Origin: Schmidtea polychroa
Taxonomy: Eukaryota
Length of the DNA stretch: 64,000 nucleotides
Assembly: GCA_044892525.1 (NCBI GenBank)
Contig: CM097886.1
Location: 49,848,001-49,912,000, forward strand
Direction of reading: 5' to 3'
The translations under genes were made by a program, and so were the position numbers. The notes under the pieces are model-generated. The model made no database searches. It worked only from the letters and a program-made list of their open reading frames with translations, and was not told where the DNA came from. Below are positions 1 to 13,100 of the stretch, piece by piece (the stretch's first letter is position 1; every line of letters begins with the position of its first letter).

Positions 1-981
1 ATACAAACAAATTAGAAGTCTATTTATCCATCTGAGTAACAAAAGAGATCCGTGCACTAATTTTCAACTTCATAATAGATTTTTGTGGCTTTTAAGATTT
101 TTATTTTATTTATTTTTTATTTTTACTATATTTCTTTACATTTAAACGTTAACAAAACGCGTCAGATATATTTTAATAAAATATTACCATAATTTAGCAT
201 ATTGATGTATGAATGAAAAAATTATTTTAAGGTTACCTTATATAAAATCTTTATATTTAACCGATTAATAAAAGGTTATTACTGTTTGAATATAAAACAA
301 AAGTGAATATAAAATTAGATTAATTATTAAATTTTTTGATAATTACAAATAAAATAACAATAAAATCTTTAATTTCCTTCACCAAAGATCGAATATAATA
401 ATTTTCGATTTNNNNNNNNNNNNNNNNNNNNNNNNNNNNNNNNNNNNNNNNNNNNNNNNNNNNNNNNNNNNNNNNNNNNNNNNNNNNNNNNNNNNNNNNN
501 NNNNNNNNNNNNNNNNNNNNNNNNNNNNNNNNNNNNNNNNNNNNNNNNNNNNNNNNNNNNNNNNNNNNNNNNNNNNNNNNNNNNNNNNNNNNNNNNNNNN
601 NNNNNNNNNNNNNTCTACAAAGAATCTGAAGATAAAGGAAATAGAAAAAAGATCTTGAGATTGGTTAAAGATAAAAGATTTTACTGATTTTACACTTCTT
701 TACGATAAATATTCCGCATTATTTTATTTCTANNNNNNNNNNNNNNNNNNNNNNNNNNNNNNNNNNNNNNNNNNNNNNNNNNNNNNNNNNNNNNNNNNNN
801 NNNNNNNNNNNNNNNNNNNNNNNNNNNNNNNNNNNNNNNNNNNNNNNNNNNNNNNNNNNNNNNNNNNNNNNNNNNNNNNNNNNNNNNNNNNNNNNNNNNN
901 NNNNNNNNNNNNNNNNNNNNNNNNNNNNNNNNNNNNNNNNNNNNNNNNNNNNNNNNNNNNNNNNNNNNNNNNNNNNNNNNN

Positions 982-1100
982 TGCAATAGACAATGTTTTG
1001 TTGAAAGCACATATTTTTCGGTGTCGGTATATTTTTCCTTAGTGCAATTGTTTTCTTTTATTTTCTTTTCCTAAATTTTTTTGGGGTAGAATTGATAGTA
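982..1100 (-). mobile_element. Inverted, internally deleted Penelope-like fragment
   Basis: The reverse complement matches 1670-1727 (aaaaatataccgacaccgaaaaatat..aaaacattgtctattgca) and the aattcta.ccc region of the adjacent + copy. Confidence 0.7.
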
Positions 1101-1129
1101 TGAAATATTTCCTCCCATACTTTTCTGCT

Positions 1130-2482
1130 CTTGGTCGTGATAAAAATATCATCTACATATCTTGCATTAAAACCGATGGATTGTATGGTCCTCAGTGTTC
1201 GACGTTCGAAGTTATCCATAAAGATGATTGTGGGTCAATGAGATATTAAGTTTGAAATCGAATATCCGGAAGAAGATGGATCCCTCAATCTACTGGATAT
1301 AAAAATTAAAATAGAAGTAAATACTCCAACATACGGGTTCTACAGAAAACCAGCTCGCAAAGAAAAATTTATGCACCAAAGATCAGCGCTTCAATACTTA
1401 CAGAAAGTACACGTCATATAAAACGAGAAACAAAGGATAGCCAATCGATGCACTGAAGAAAACGAAAACTTTAAACACCAATTCAATAACATCCTACACA
1501 ATAATGGATATCAAGGTAAGAACATTGAAAGAATGAATTCTATCCCAAAAAGATCTTGTCAAATAACACAAGAAAAGAAGAAATATTTTTATCTGAATAT
1601 CCAATTCATTAGTGGCATACTCGATTTCAAGATCCTGACAGAACTTAATCGCACTGGCCTTCTAATTCGTAAAAATATACCGACACCGAAAAATATATGC
1701 TTTCGATAAAACATTGTCTATTGCATCACGTGTAATGTATGTAAAAAAATATACATTGGAAGGACGCTCAGGACCCTGCGCCAAAGAGTTAAAGAACATC
1801 TTGATCCTGGTGAAAAATTAGTAAACAGACATGTCAACCAAAGAAGGAAAGAAATTGTCATTATAAACAGACGGCCAACAATCAACACTCAAGAACAGAT
1901 CAATGAAATCATAAGTTAGATTTGTTGCTTTTGACCTTGAGAATAGCTTTTATAGAAAAAATTAAATTAAAAATTAAAAAATAATAATTTAAAATAACAT
2001 AGAAAATAGATAAAATATACTTTCAAAAGATCAGAAGAATTTAAAAATCAAAATAGAAAAATTTTTGAAATATTTAAATTGCGTATATAAATAGTTATTG
2101 AAAAGTATAATTTATAAATATTTTAAAATAGTATTCATTAAAATAGGTTTCTAAAGACTAATTATAAAAGCTTTAAAAAATAAAAAATTTTTTTAAGTGT
2201 TTCGTTTTAAATTTGAGAGAATATTTAATTAAAAAAATTTTTTTTTTAATTTTAAATTCTTCAGAAAAAAATTTTATTATTATTTTCAACCAATGAGAAG
2301 TAAGAAAAATGAAATAAAAGAGAAGATCAAAGAGGATTTTACAAATAGAAAAAGCTAAATTCCATGAAATTGAAAAGGTATATCTTATGGTCGAAAATAT
2401 TTTCATCTGAATTAAATATATTATTCGCAACAAAAGGCTTAAAATATCATTTAATTGTTTTAAAATTTAAATAATGCTGCTA
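1130..2482 (+). mobile_element. Degenerate Penelope-like retroelement 3' part (RT thumb, GIY-YIG, AT-rich tail)
   Basis: IKFEIEYPEEDGSLNLLDIKI, YGFYRKP and [30 protein letters not shown], with stops and frameshifts. The tail is homologous to 12215-12730. Confidence 0.85.
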
Positions 2483-3837
2483 NNNNNNNNNNNNNNNNNN
2501 NNNNNNNNNNNNNNNNNNNNNNNNNNNNNNNNNNNNNNNNNNNNNNNNNNNNNNNNNNNNNNNNNNNNNNNNNNNNNNNNNNNNNNNNNNNNNNNNNNNN
2601 NNNNNNNNNNNNNNNNNNNNNNNNNNNNNNNNNNNNNNNNNNNNNNNNNNNNNNNNNNNNNNNNNNNNNNNNNNNNNGTCTTATTACGGTTACTTATAAT
2701 AGTCATGAAATATTTGTTGTAATTAATTAGAGTATTTAAAAAATAACTGTGATTTTGATTTACAAAATATTTTTTAAAAATAATTTTCAATATATATATA
2801 AATATATATAATTGTACAAAATCATGTCTGACATAATTGCATAGATGTATCAGTATTTGATACAAAAACAGTCGCAATATACAAAAATTGACTGATGCGA
2901 AAATACCAATTTTGACTCATGGAAACTATTAAACTGATATATTTCAACCGAGTTTGTTACATTTGAAAAAGAGTTTTAAAAAGTAATTTACACAGTGAAA
3001 TATTGAATGGAAATCATATAACAAAAGAAAACTGAAACAGTAATTCTTTGATGAGTTTGAATCTAGTACGGGCGAAGACGAATAATAAACCTCAGTAACA
3101 AAAAAGCAGCCTGTAAATATATGGCTTTAGGCTCACTTTAGTTATTCCAGTATAACATGAAATCTCAAACCGGGCTTAGGAATATCAAAAGCAGTCATTT
3201 GAACAAATATTTAATTATATTTTGCTAAATTAATTTAAATATCTGACTTGAAACAATTAATCTATGTGATAAAATTCTTTGCATATTTTATTATTGAACG
3301 ATTAAAACAACTAATTCATATTCCGTAATTATTGTAAAATAATAGGAAAAATTAATGCTTTTTCACTCCAATAATTTTTTCAATTTTTAATTTGATAACT
3401 TTACAAGTTGTAGGTCAAATCTAATTAAGTGGAAATTTAATTATTGTTAAAATTCATTTAAAATAATAATGATTTCAAGTGACATTTTAAAAACACATTA
3501 CAAAAATTTTAATTAATTAATTAACTAATTAATTAATTCAATTCAATTATATATGGTTAGGTATAAAACTTAAAATAGATAATTTTCTAATAATTTTTTA
3601 TCATTATAAAATTTCAATAGAAAATTTTTTCAATTTTTTTATACAAATCCACTTATTACTCTCTACATCAATGACATTTTCCTACTTAAGTGTAAGTAAA
3701 TAATGTAAATAATTTTATAACATCGGATGCAACGAATATCATAGAAATGATTATTAATTTATAAATTAATCAAATTACAGTAGATTCATATGTTCATAAT
3801 TCGAAGCAGAAAAATATATACGGGGTAAGCTTAATTA

Positions 3838-4250
3838 CAGTCAAACTTCTCTAGTCAAACCCGCTAGATATGTTCTCAGAAAAGGCCACATAGAAGGAAA
3901 TCGCATTGTAAAAGATATGAACTATAGGAAATATGTAGAGGTCGGTTCGAAATAAGAAGCAGTGTGTTTACTGTTTGTTCACTGATATTCACTGTAAAAT
4001 AAAAATAATTGTTGTGATCCGTTTTGTTCTATGACTGAAAACAGATTAAAATGTACATCACAAACCATTGAAAAAGATAAGGTCTCGTAAAAAGTAAATT
4101 TGTTTGCTGAAGGTTTCCTGTTACGATGTAGATAAATCGCGTTGTAAGAAAAAGAAATCACGTTACAAGAAAAATTTCCGCATTCTTTTAACCGTGTTGT
4201 AGCGTAAACGCGTTACAAGAGTGACGCGTTATAGGAGGGAGGGTTTACTG
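3838..4250. mobile_element. pogo/Tigger-like non-autonomous element (degenerate)
   Basis: Left end TA|CAGTCAAACTTCTCT and right end GGGTTTACTG, with internal CGCGTT(A/G) repeats. Confidence 0.4.
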
Positions 4251-5827
4251 TGTTGTCTGGAATGAAAGTGAAATAAAAACGATAAATAAATAATGCTATA
4301 ATAAAACCTAATAAAGTATAAATTGATATTGAATTCACTATGAAAAACTCTTCATTCCATATGTACAAAACTGTTAGTAATTATTGCATCTATCTCATAA
4401 AAAAAGAAAAGAAAAATGAAAAAAAGAAATTTCATATATATAAATTTCTAACAAATAATTTATGAAACCCAGTACAAGAAAACAAATAAGACTTTCATCC
4501 ATAAAAAGAATAAAACGGTTTGATTAATTACTTTTTACGTTAATAATTTCATATGGAATTCTACTCTGTTTACATTTTTAGTCATTTTTATATGATATAA
4601 ACTGTACATATAAAATGAAGAGTTTTACATAGTGAATTTACCATCAATTTATATTTATATTGGATTTTATTTCACTTTATTTCACTTTCATTCCAGGTAA
4701 TAATTCTGCGACACAAAAANNNNNNNNNNNNNNNNNNNNNNNNNNNNNNNNNNNNNNNNNNNNNNNNNNNNNNNNNNNNNNNNNNNNNNNNNNNNNNNNN
4801 NNNNNNNNNNNNNNNNNNNNNNNNNNNNNNNNNNNNNNNNNNNNNNNNNNNNNNNNNNNNNNNNNNNNNNNNNNNNNNNNNNNNNNNNNNNNNNNNNNNN
4901 NNNNNNNNNNNNNNNATCATACATTTTCGTTTGTTTACCCACCTTTATCAATCATATCAATCACATCAGAGATTTATCGTAAAAGTTTTACCGAAAACAT
5001 TGTTATTTACATTAAAGGTTTTGATCAAATCGAGAATATTTTTTCATATTTTTTTAAAATTTCATTTCGAACCATTTAGATAACTCCTTTAAAATTTTAC
5101 TATTTTATTTTAGGAAGCGAAATATTTTTATCAATTTTAGACCCTAAGTAAGTTTGATGAAACAAAAAAAATTCACCTGAACTTAATAGCATATTCCTAA
5201 TAACTCGTTTAAGATATTAAATGAAATTAGTGCCAGGCTCCATAACATAACTAAAATGTACTTGATTATCTAGGATTGAATAGTTAAAGATACTATAAAA
5301 GTATTTAAAAATCTCTGTAAAAATTAAAGCATGCTTCTAAATTCATTTATAAAACATTTCCATTTCCGTGCAAAAATATGGGAACCACCAAATAAATTTC
5401 GAAATTTTTCAAAAATAGTCAAAGAACCTATATCTGGACATAGTTAGTTGTTATAAAAAAGTTGTAAAGCAAATCGTTCTGTAAATGAATATATAAAAAT
5501 TTTCTTAGTCTCATTAAATAAAAATTGAAAATGTATTTTCATTAAATTATCATGATATTTTTACATAGAAAATTCTAGCGAATAAAAGATCAATCTTTAC
5601 AATTCATTTAAATAATTTCAACATGACGCATAAATTTAGCTCCTCAAATAACATTTTAAATGAGGGTTATGATTTTGAGGCAACAATGTAGTGTTTGGAA
5701 AGGACGCAAATGGTAATCTTTGAAAAATGTTATTCAACTATTTAAATTCAACGAAGTCTCTTTTTGTTTAAATTGTTTCACTTCATAAAAAAAAGAGACT
5801 TTTAAGAATTTATATAATTTTCTGATG

Positions 5828-6661
5828 CAATGGCGTCACTACGGGGTGTTCTGAAAGCACCTGGTGACACAGTCACAGGATGTGACACCAAAAAGCAAAA
5901 TATCACTGTCTATGATTCTATGCCATTCCATGAAATTATTCTTATGCATTGTTTCAACCCAGCCGGCCCAGCGTTCAGCTACAGAAATGTATTATATTTT
6001 TGAAATAAAAAATTTTTTGCATGTATAATAACTACTCCAGAATATAACATTAGGTTTGTTGGGTTCTTTGTACTAACTTCTGATAAGTTACACCGAAATA
6101 GTACGGAAGTTGCAATGGATGAAAACACCACGCTGTGTGCGTCGGTAAACACACGAGCTGCGGTAGCAGCGTGGCGGCCGTGTGGGTAGGTTACAGAATG
6201 GTGAAAATGGCGCACCCATATTTCTTGTGATCTGTGTGTCTATGGCTTCATGTGAGAGGAGTTTTTCAAAGACAAAGTTTATAAAGAACTATTTGCGATC
6301 TACCAAGGAACAGCCAAGGCTTTCTGATCTTGCAAGTTTGCAGCTTTAAAGACCAGGAAAGGAAAGTTCTGATTTAGTCAAGATTTAATATAACATAAAA
6401 TTTAATGTTAAAATAATAATTAAAAAAGTAACCTAATTTCTATGTAGTTCTTGGTTCATAACTTCCTTACAATCTTTTATAAACCGACCTTGAATTAATT
6501 TTTTCTTCTATTGCCTTTAGAACCTACAATTATAAAGGTTGGTAAGGATTCTGTATGTTTCCATTATTTGACACTGACGGACTCGGAGGTCTATGGAGTG
6601 TTGTGAGGGGTGACACCGTGAGTTACCACACTGGGGGACACCAACCCTAGTGACGCCACTG
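5828..6661 (+). mobile_element. hAT internal-deletion element with intact ends
   Basis: TIRs CAATGGCGTCACTACGGG / CCCTAGTGACGCCACTG and a perfect 8-bp TSD TTCTGATG. A dimerisation-domain remnant SMASCERSFSKTKFIKNYLRST lies at about 6240-6345. Confidence 0.92.
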
Positions 6662-7111
6662 TTCTGATGGACATTAATTTTAAGTAAAATGACATCCTTT
6701 ATAATTTTAAATAAAAAATCTTAAAGTTTAAACTTTTTCCGAAAAGCTTTAACGATTATGATATCAAATAAATTTATATATGAAATTCTATTTGTAAAAA
6801 AATTAAAATGAAAATAAACCATTTTTATAAGGTTTATTTAATACATTAATTTTGACTAAATCTTCTTGTTATTAATTCATACTAATACATCAAAAAATCT
6901 TTCACAAATCTTAAAATAAACAAAATACTTAACAAAACTAAAAATGATTTAAAGAACTCTAATATTGTTGAAATACTTTGTTTTACTACATGAATTTGGT
7001 AACTAGAAAACTGAAGGAAAATTTAAGCACTAATTATTAATTGTCAATCGAGAATTAATTAGTTTTCAAGTATATTAAAGATAAATTATTATCGATAACA
7101 TAGAATCAAAA

Positions 7112-10100
7112 ATGGATAAAACTGGAAAATTACACTTGTCAGACCAAGGAATAGATAATATGACAAATCTGGTGTAAGTTGTTAAATTTTAATCACGAAT
7201 TATTATTTCTTAATTAATTAATTTTAATCTTACTATCAAATTAAAAGTTTTTTTATGGAAAAATAAATTTTTTTTAAATTACCAAGAATTTCTAAAAGAA
7301 ATATTAATTAGTTAAAATTCGTATTTCTATTATTCATGAAAAGCTTAACAGAGGATAATATTATGAATTCCAATTTTTGATGCCCTTTATTAATGAAGCA
7401 TAATTTCTATATTATTTAATAAATTTCACAATTATTGCCAATATCAAAAGTATTTTCGCTTTCTTTAACTCCAAACAAAATTTGCAGGACAAATAGAAAA
7501 TTATATATGACTGCTATATATTACTATAGCGTACTATATATATTTATAATATACACCTATAAAAGGAAATGCATCACATTTCGATCCAAAGTGAAGGATC
7601 TTTTCAGCAACAATGACCTTTTACTTTCACTACAGCTCTCCAAAAAATAGAAATGCTGACCTTTATTCTTTTAATATGGCAAATTGAATTAATGATAGAG
7701 CACTGGTACACCGCCCCCCCCCTCACCACTCTACTCATGGCTATATATATTATAAGAATTAGTTTTTTCAAATTTCACCACTGATTTCTTCTCCATTGTC
7801 ATTGTATTTATTAAAAAGCTTAACTATGAATCAGTAAATATATCAATGTTTTTTATATCTTTACTGATTCACAGTCATAAATACAATATATATCAGGCGA
7901 AATCTCTGTGTCAATTAAAATACAGAAATTCAGCCAACTGCTATTTTTAGACTCCAGACGCCTACATGATTACTAAATAAATGTAATATACATATGTACA
8001 TGCTTTATATTGTTTCATCATACAAATGTTACAAAAGACAACCTACTATTCTCTGTTTTTGTGTCATTTCACAACAGAAAAATGCGTCAGCTAATGTGTG
8101 ACATTTTTAATCGAGGGCTTGTTGACCAAATTTTTTCATAGTCATTCTGAAATGATTTTGGTTTGAAATGTTTACTTAAGGTGCCATCTTCGTATTTGTT
8201 TCTTTATTGCCATTTCAAAAAATTATCAATAAATATTTAACAAATAACAGTTAACTAGTTCGGAATAATACTAATAACATTTAATTTGTTTTATTGAAAG
8301 AAATAAAATATCTAAGCCTAAAAAATTTTAAGTCAACTCCTTTTATTTAAAAATTAATTTTATTATATTATGATCTTATATTATTCACGTAAAATCCATG
8401 TTCATCCAATCTCAGAAATTTAACATTTTCCATCAATATAATGCAGTTTCTACATAATTTTAATTTTTATTCCATTTTTTAAGAATGAACATAAGACACC
8501 AAGGATGGGTGAATTAATTAAATGAAATCATGTAGTGATAATATGTTGGCATAGGTAGGTATAGGAGAGAAAATATATCTAAGATTAAAAGAAGATGAAA
8601 AATTAAATTAAATTTTTTTAGTAAAAATGAAATTTCTGTGCGCAATTTTCTTAAAACCGAACTTTAGTAACCTTTACTATGACTATAAAATTCAAATCAA
8701 TAAGTTAAATTTTTTTTAAATGTTTTTAATATTTAATATTAGCATAACAGATTTTCATGAAATAGTTAAAATGAATTATTTATATATTATTCAATTATTT
8801 ATTTATATATTATATTATATATTAAGAGAAACGGTGATTTTCAGTTTATGTAAATGCACTACTTATTGGTAATTTTGCAAGCTCTCAGGTGAGAATGGGA
8901 TGACCATTATATCTACCAAAATTCTACTTGCTCGTCCCTGGTGCTACCGAGTCATTTACATGCATTTTCCATTTTTCAAAATTCATTTATTTTTCAACCA
9001 AAAACTCAAAACAAAATTTAAAAATTAACAAAGGTGCAAAAATTAATTTAAATTATTAAAAATAATTGAAAATCAATATTTTGGGGGAATAAGATATTAT
9101 CATGTAATTTCCAAAGTACATTGAAAAGATAAATACGAATATAATAATATTAAATCTATGACAATGTTATTTAAATATTACCAAGTAGATTGATTGAGAA
9201 GTTTCAACAAATTTAAGCAGATTAATTAGATAAAATTAGATAAAATCCGCTCTAGTTTCAATTGGGCCCCAAAAGAGTTTCCTGTTCTTATATTCAAACT
9301 AAAATAGGACTTCTATTATAGGTATAGTAATGACTATTGTTATATGAAAATTGACGATTTGTTATTTCTGTGCTAACAATAAATCTTATTAAGCAATTAA
9401 ATGATAATATAAGCCGTTTTCTGCGAAGTATATATTCAATAAGATGAAAAACTTTTCTATTATATAAAAATTCTTTCATTTTATTGAATATATATTCTTC
9501 ACAGCAAAAGACTTATATTATCATTTAATTGTTTAATATTGAATTAATGCTACTAAAAAGAAATCATCGCTTTATAATAAGTCTTATTGTTTTAACAAAA
9601 GTCAAGTGAAGAAAAAATTTGTTGTTTCCTGTAGATACTATTTAATAACCAAACAATATTAAGAAACGTATAATTATTTACTTATNNNNNNNNNNNNNNN
9701 NNNNNNNNNNNNNNNNNNNNNNNNNNNNNNNNNNNNNNNNNNNNNNNNNNNNNNNNNNNNNNNNNNNNNNNNNNNNNNNNNNNNNNNNNNNNNNNNNNNN
9801 NNNNNNNNNNNNNNNNNNNNNNNNNNNNNNNNNNNNNNNNNNNNNNNNNNNNNNNNNNNNNNNNNNNNNNNNNNNNNNNNNNNNNNNNNNNNNNNNNNNN
9901 NNNNNNNNNNNNNNNNNNNNNNNNNNNNNNNNNNNNNNNNNNNNNNAGTACGAAATTACATACTAAGCTTAATTAACAAACGAAACAAATTTATAATGAC
10001 TTAGGTTTTGCTTGTGAAATTTTCTTCTTAACCTATCATTAATTTTGAACTGAATTTTTGTTTTAAAATGACTATTAAAGCTAATTAAGACCAACACAAT

Positions 10101-13100
10101 AGCATAGCTAAACTCATCAATGCTGAATGATACAAGCTATATAAAATTTTGGTTCAGAAAGATATTTGTAACCTTTGTGATGATATAACTGATAGCCGTT
10201 AAATGCGATTTAAACTATTAAATTAATATATTCTTTCATCTGATTACAATAAAAAAACTAAATTCTTTATATAATATTTAATATAAAACTTATATTTCTG
10301 ACTAAACACAATAATCTAATTATATAATTAGCTTTGTGTGAATGTATATATAGTGACACCTCGCTATACGTTCTCAATCCGTTCCAGATCTTTGGACTTA
10401 TAACAATAGAATTTTCCCATAATCATTTTCACCTGATTCCGAGAATCTTGAACGGATTAAGAACATATACCGAAGTACCACTCTATATATAAATATAATT
10501 TGAGTTATTATATTATATATATTATAAATTTTACATTAAATAAACCAACTTTCAGACTTCTACATTTAAACAATCACAATAAAACTCTTTACTTTCCCAT
10601 GTCTCCAATCAGTTACTCCCAATCATATTTTTGACTGGCCTCCATAGTATAATATAATATTTATATTCCAAATTTTTGCACTTAAAATTTCTTTCCGTTT
10701 TTAGAGATTGTTTGATTTTATTACAGTATTTACAATTTTCTATAATAAATTTTTTAAAAATTGTTTCGTAACTTACTAGCGCTATTTAAATATATAAGAT
10801 TTGGAAGGATGGGACTGAACTGCCAACTGTAAACATAATTAGTTTCAAGGAATTTTCTGAAACGGTTATGTTACAAATTGTAATGTTTTGTCAAGATCTT
10901 TGAAATGAGATATTAATGTTTAATAATTTCTCTTGATAATAGGTATAGATAAAATCTTATTAGCTGAGAAAATGGGTCATTTTATATAAAGATTTGTAAT
11001 AACAACCAATTTGATCTTCAAAACTTATACCTTTACATTTGTTGGGATAACACGAAACTTAATAACATCGAAGAAATATCAAACAGCAAAATTTAAATCA
11101 TAAATTATAGTATTTTGTATGGAAAAATCTACAAGCAAGAATGATAAATAATAAATTGCTAAAATAAGCCGAAGATTAGAAAGCAAAACATAGGAAAGGA
11201 AAAGATTGTTTGAAAACATCTTATTCTCATCCATATCAATTTAGTTATGTTTTTACATTCTAAACATTTGTCTAAGGAATTATTGTAATAGTTAAATAAA
11301 ATTGAGCTATATTATTTACTGCTACATTTAATTTCTATAATAATAAACATAGCGAATCATATTTTATTATAAAACCCAGCATATTAAGTGCATATATTGC
11401 GCATGGTTTTATCTTTACTCATATCACAACGTTGCATTCCAGAAATGGACCATTTTGTCCTTCATATCAAAAATCTTTCCTTTTAACGCTAATAATTGCA
11501 CATTAGTATCATAAAAACATCCTATTTCAATTCCAAATAAACCGAACAGAGTCTGTTGAGTTTCTAGCAGACAAATATTATCAGAGATTTTGTTATAACT
11601 ATAGATTAAAACAATTTAATATTCTACATAATAAATAATATTTCAAAGATTTAATCTGAACTAATTAAAACCCTTTAACAAGAAATATGACACCTTTTAC
11701 ATTAATATATAAGAGTAAGCCATTAGAGGTAAAGAATTAATGTGTCATTGCTCAGTGTTATATTTATGCATAATTTTCAATCAAATGCTTTTGGTATCTA
11801 TAATGTTGGAAACTTAGAATCCGGCAATACTAAATTTATTATTATTATTATTTTGCTAAGGATTTGGTTTTTGTATATATTAATTACTTATTGCTTTTGA
11901 TTTCCTTGAAAATTTCTTAAATTTAATATAATGTTACCCGAAATCTAAGAAACTATAATAAATAAAATAATATTATAAATTTAAATTTAAATAATAAAAC
12001 AAAAATTCAAAATAAAATTTACTAATTCAGTAACTACGACTTCTGAATCTTTGACCTAATGACTAGAGTAATATTCTTTTATGAATGTTTAAAATTGTGC
12101 ATAAACATGGGGTCTTTGATTATATCAAATCGTTCAAGCATAAAAAAAAGATTTTAAAAAAATCATTGGCGTAACATTTAATTCTTACGAAATGGACTAG
12201 ATTTACAATACTGCAATATATAATTTAAGCCTTTTGCTGCGAATAATGTATTTAATGAAAATATTTTCGACTATAAGATGGTCCTTGTCAATCTCCTGGA
12301 AATTAGCATTCTTCTTCCAAACATACATCTCGATCTTTCTTTTATTTCTTTTTTCTTACTTCTCATTGGTTAAAAATATAATATGATGATATAGTTTCTT
12401 TTTCTGAAATTAAAATTAAATATCTAAAATTCAAAATGAAACACTAACCAAAATTTTTAAATTTTTAAAGCTTCTATAATTAGACCATAGAAGCCTATTT
12501 TAATAAAATATTTTAAAATATTTATAAAATAAAGCTTCCAATAACTATTTATATACGCGATTTAAATATTTTAATAAATGTGTCAATTTTGATTTTTATT
12601 CCTCCTTTGAAAGTATATTTCCTAAAATTTCTATATTATTTTAATTATTACTTTTTCTAATTTTTTTTATTATCAGTTATTCTCAAGGTCAATGACAACA
12701 GATCAAATTGATGATTTCATTGATTTCTTCTCTAGTGTTGATTGTTAGCCGCCTGTTTATGATGAGAATGGGTTCTTTGAACGTGACATTTTTCTTGGAT
12801 GTTTCCATTGGCTACGATTTCGATTGAAATATTTTTTACCGAGGATTTTCCACCAGGATCTAGATGTTCTTTAACTCTTTGGTGCAAGGTCCTGAGTGTA
12901 CTTCCAGTGTAAATTCCCGTGCATACATTGCACGTGATGCAATAGACGATGTTTTTTCTAAAACACATGTCTTTCGGTGTCTGGCAGTTTTCCATTGTGC
13001 AATTGATTTCTTTATTTGTGTTGTTTGCCAGAGCTTTTCTCAATGTCCAAGATTTATGTGCTACCCGAATTGGAAAACCGGTACGTTTAAGTCCTTTTAG

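Noticed and set aside
690-5079. ORF-track entries made mostly of X (here and at 21267, 42176, 54369, 54424, 54999, 55011, 57026)
   Set aside because: Artefacts of reading through N-runs.
10560-11480. Possible very old Gypsy pol remnant on the - strand
   Set aside because: Only faint PTNVKG..YY and PILP resemblance, which cannot be supported without an alignment.
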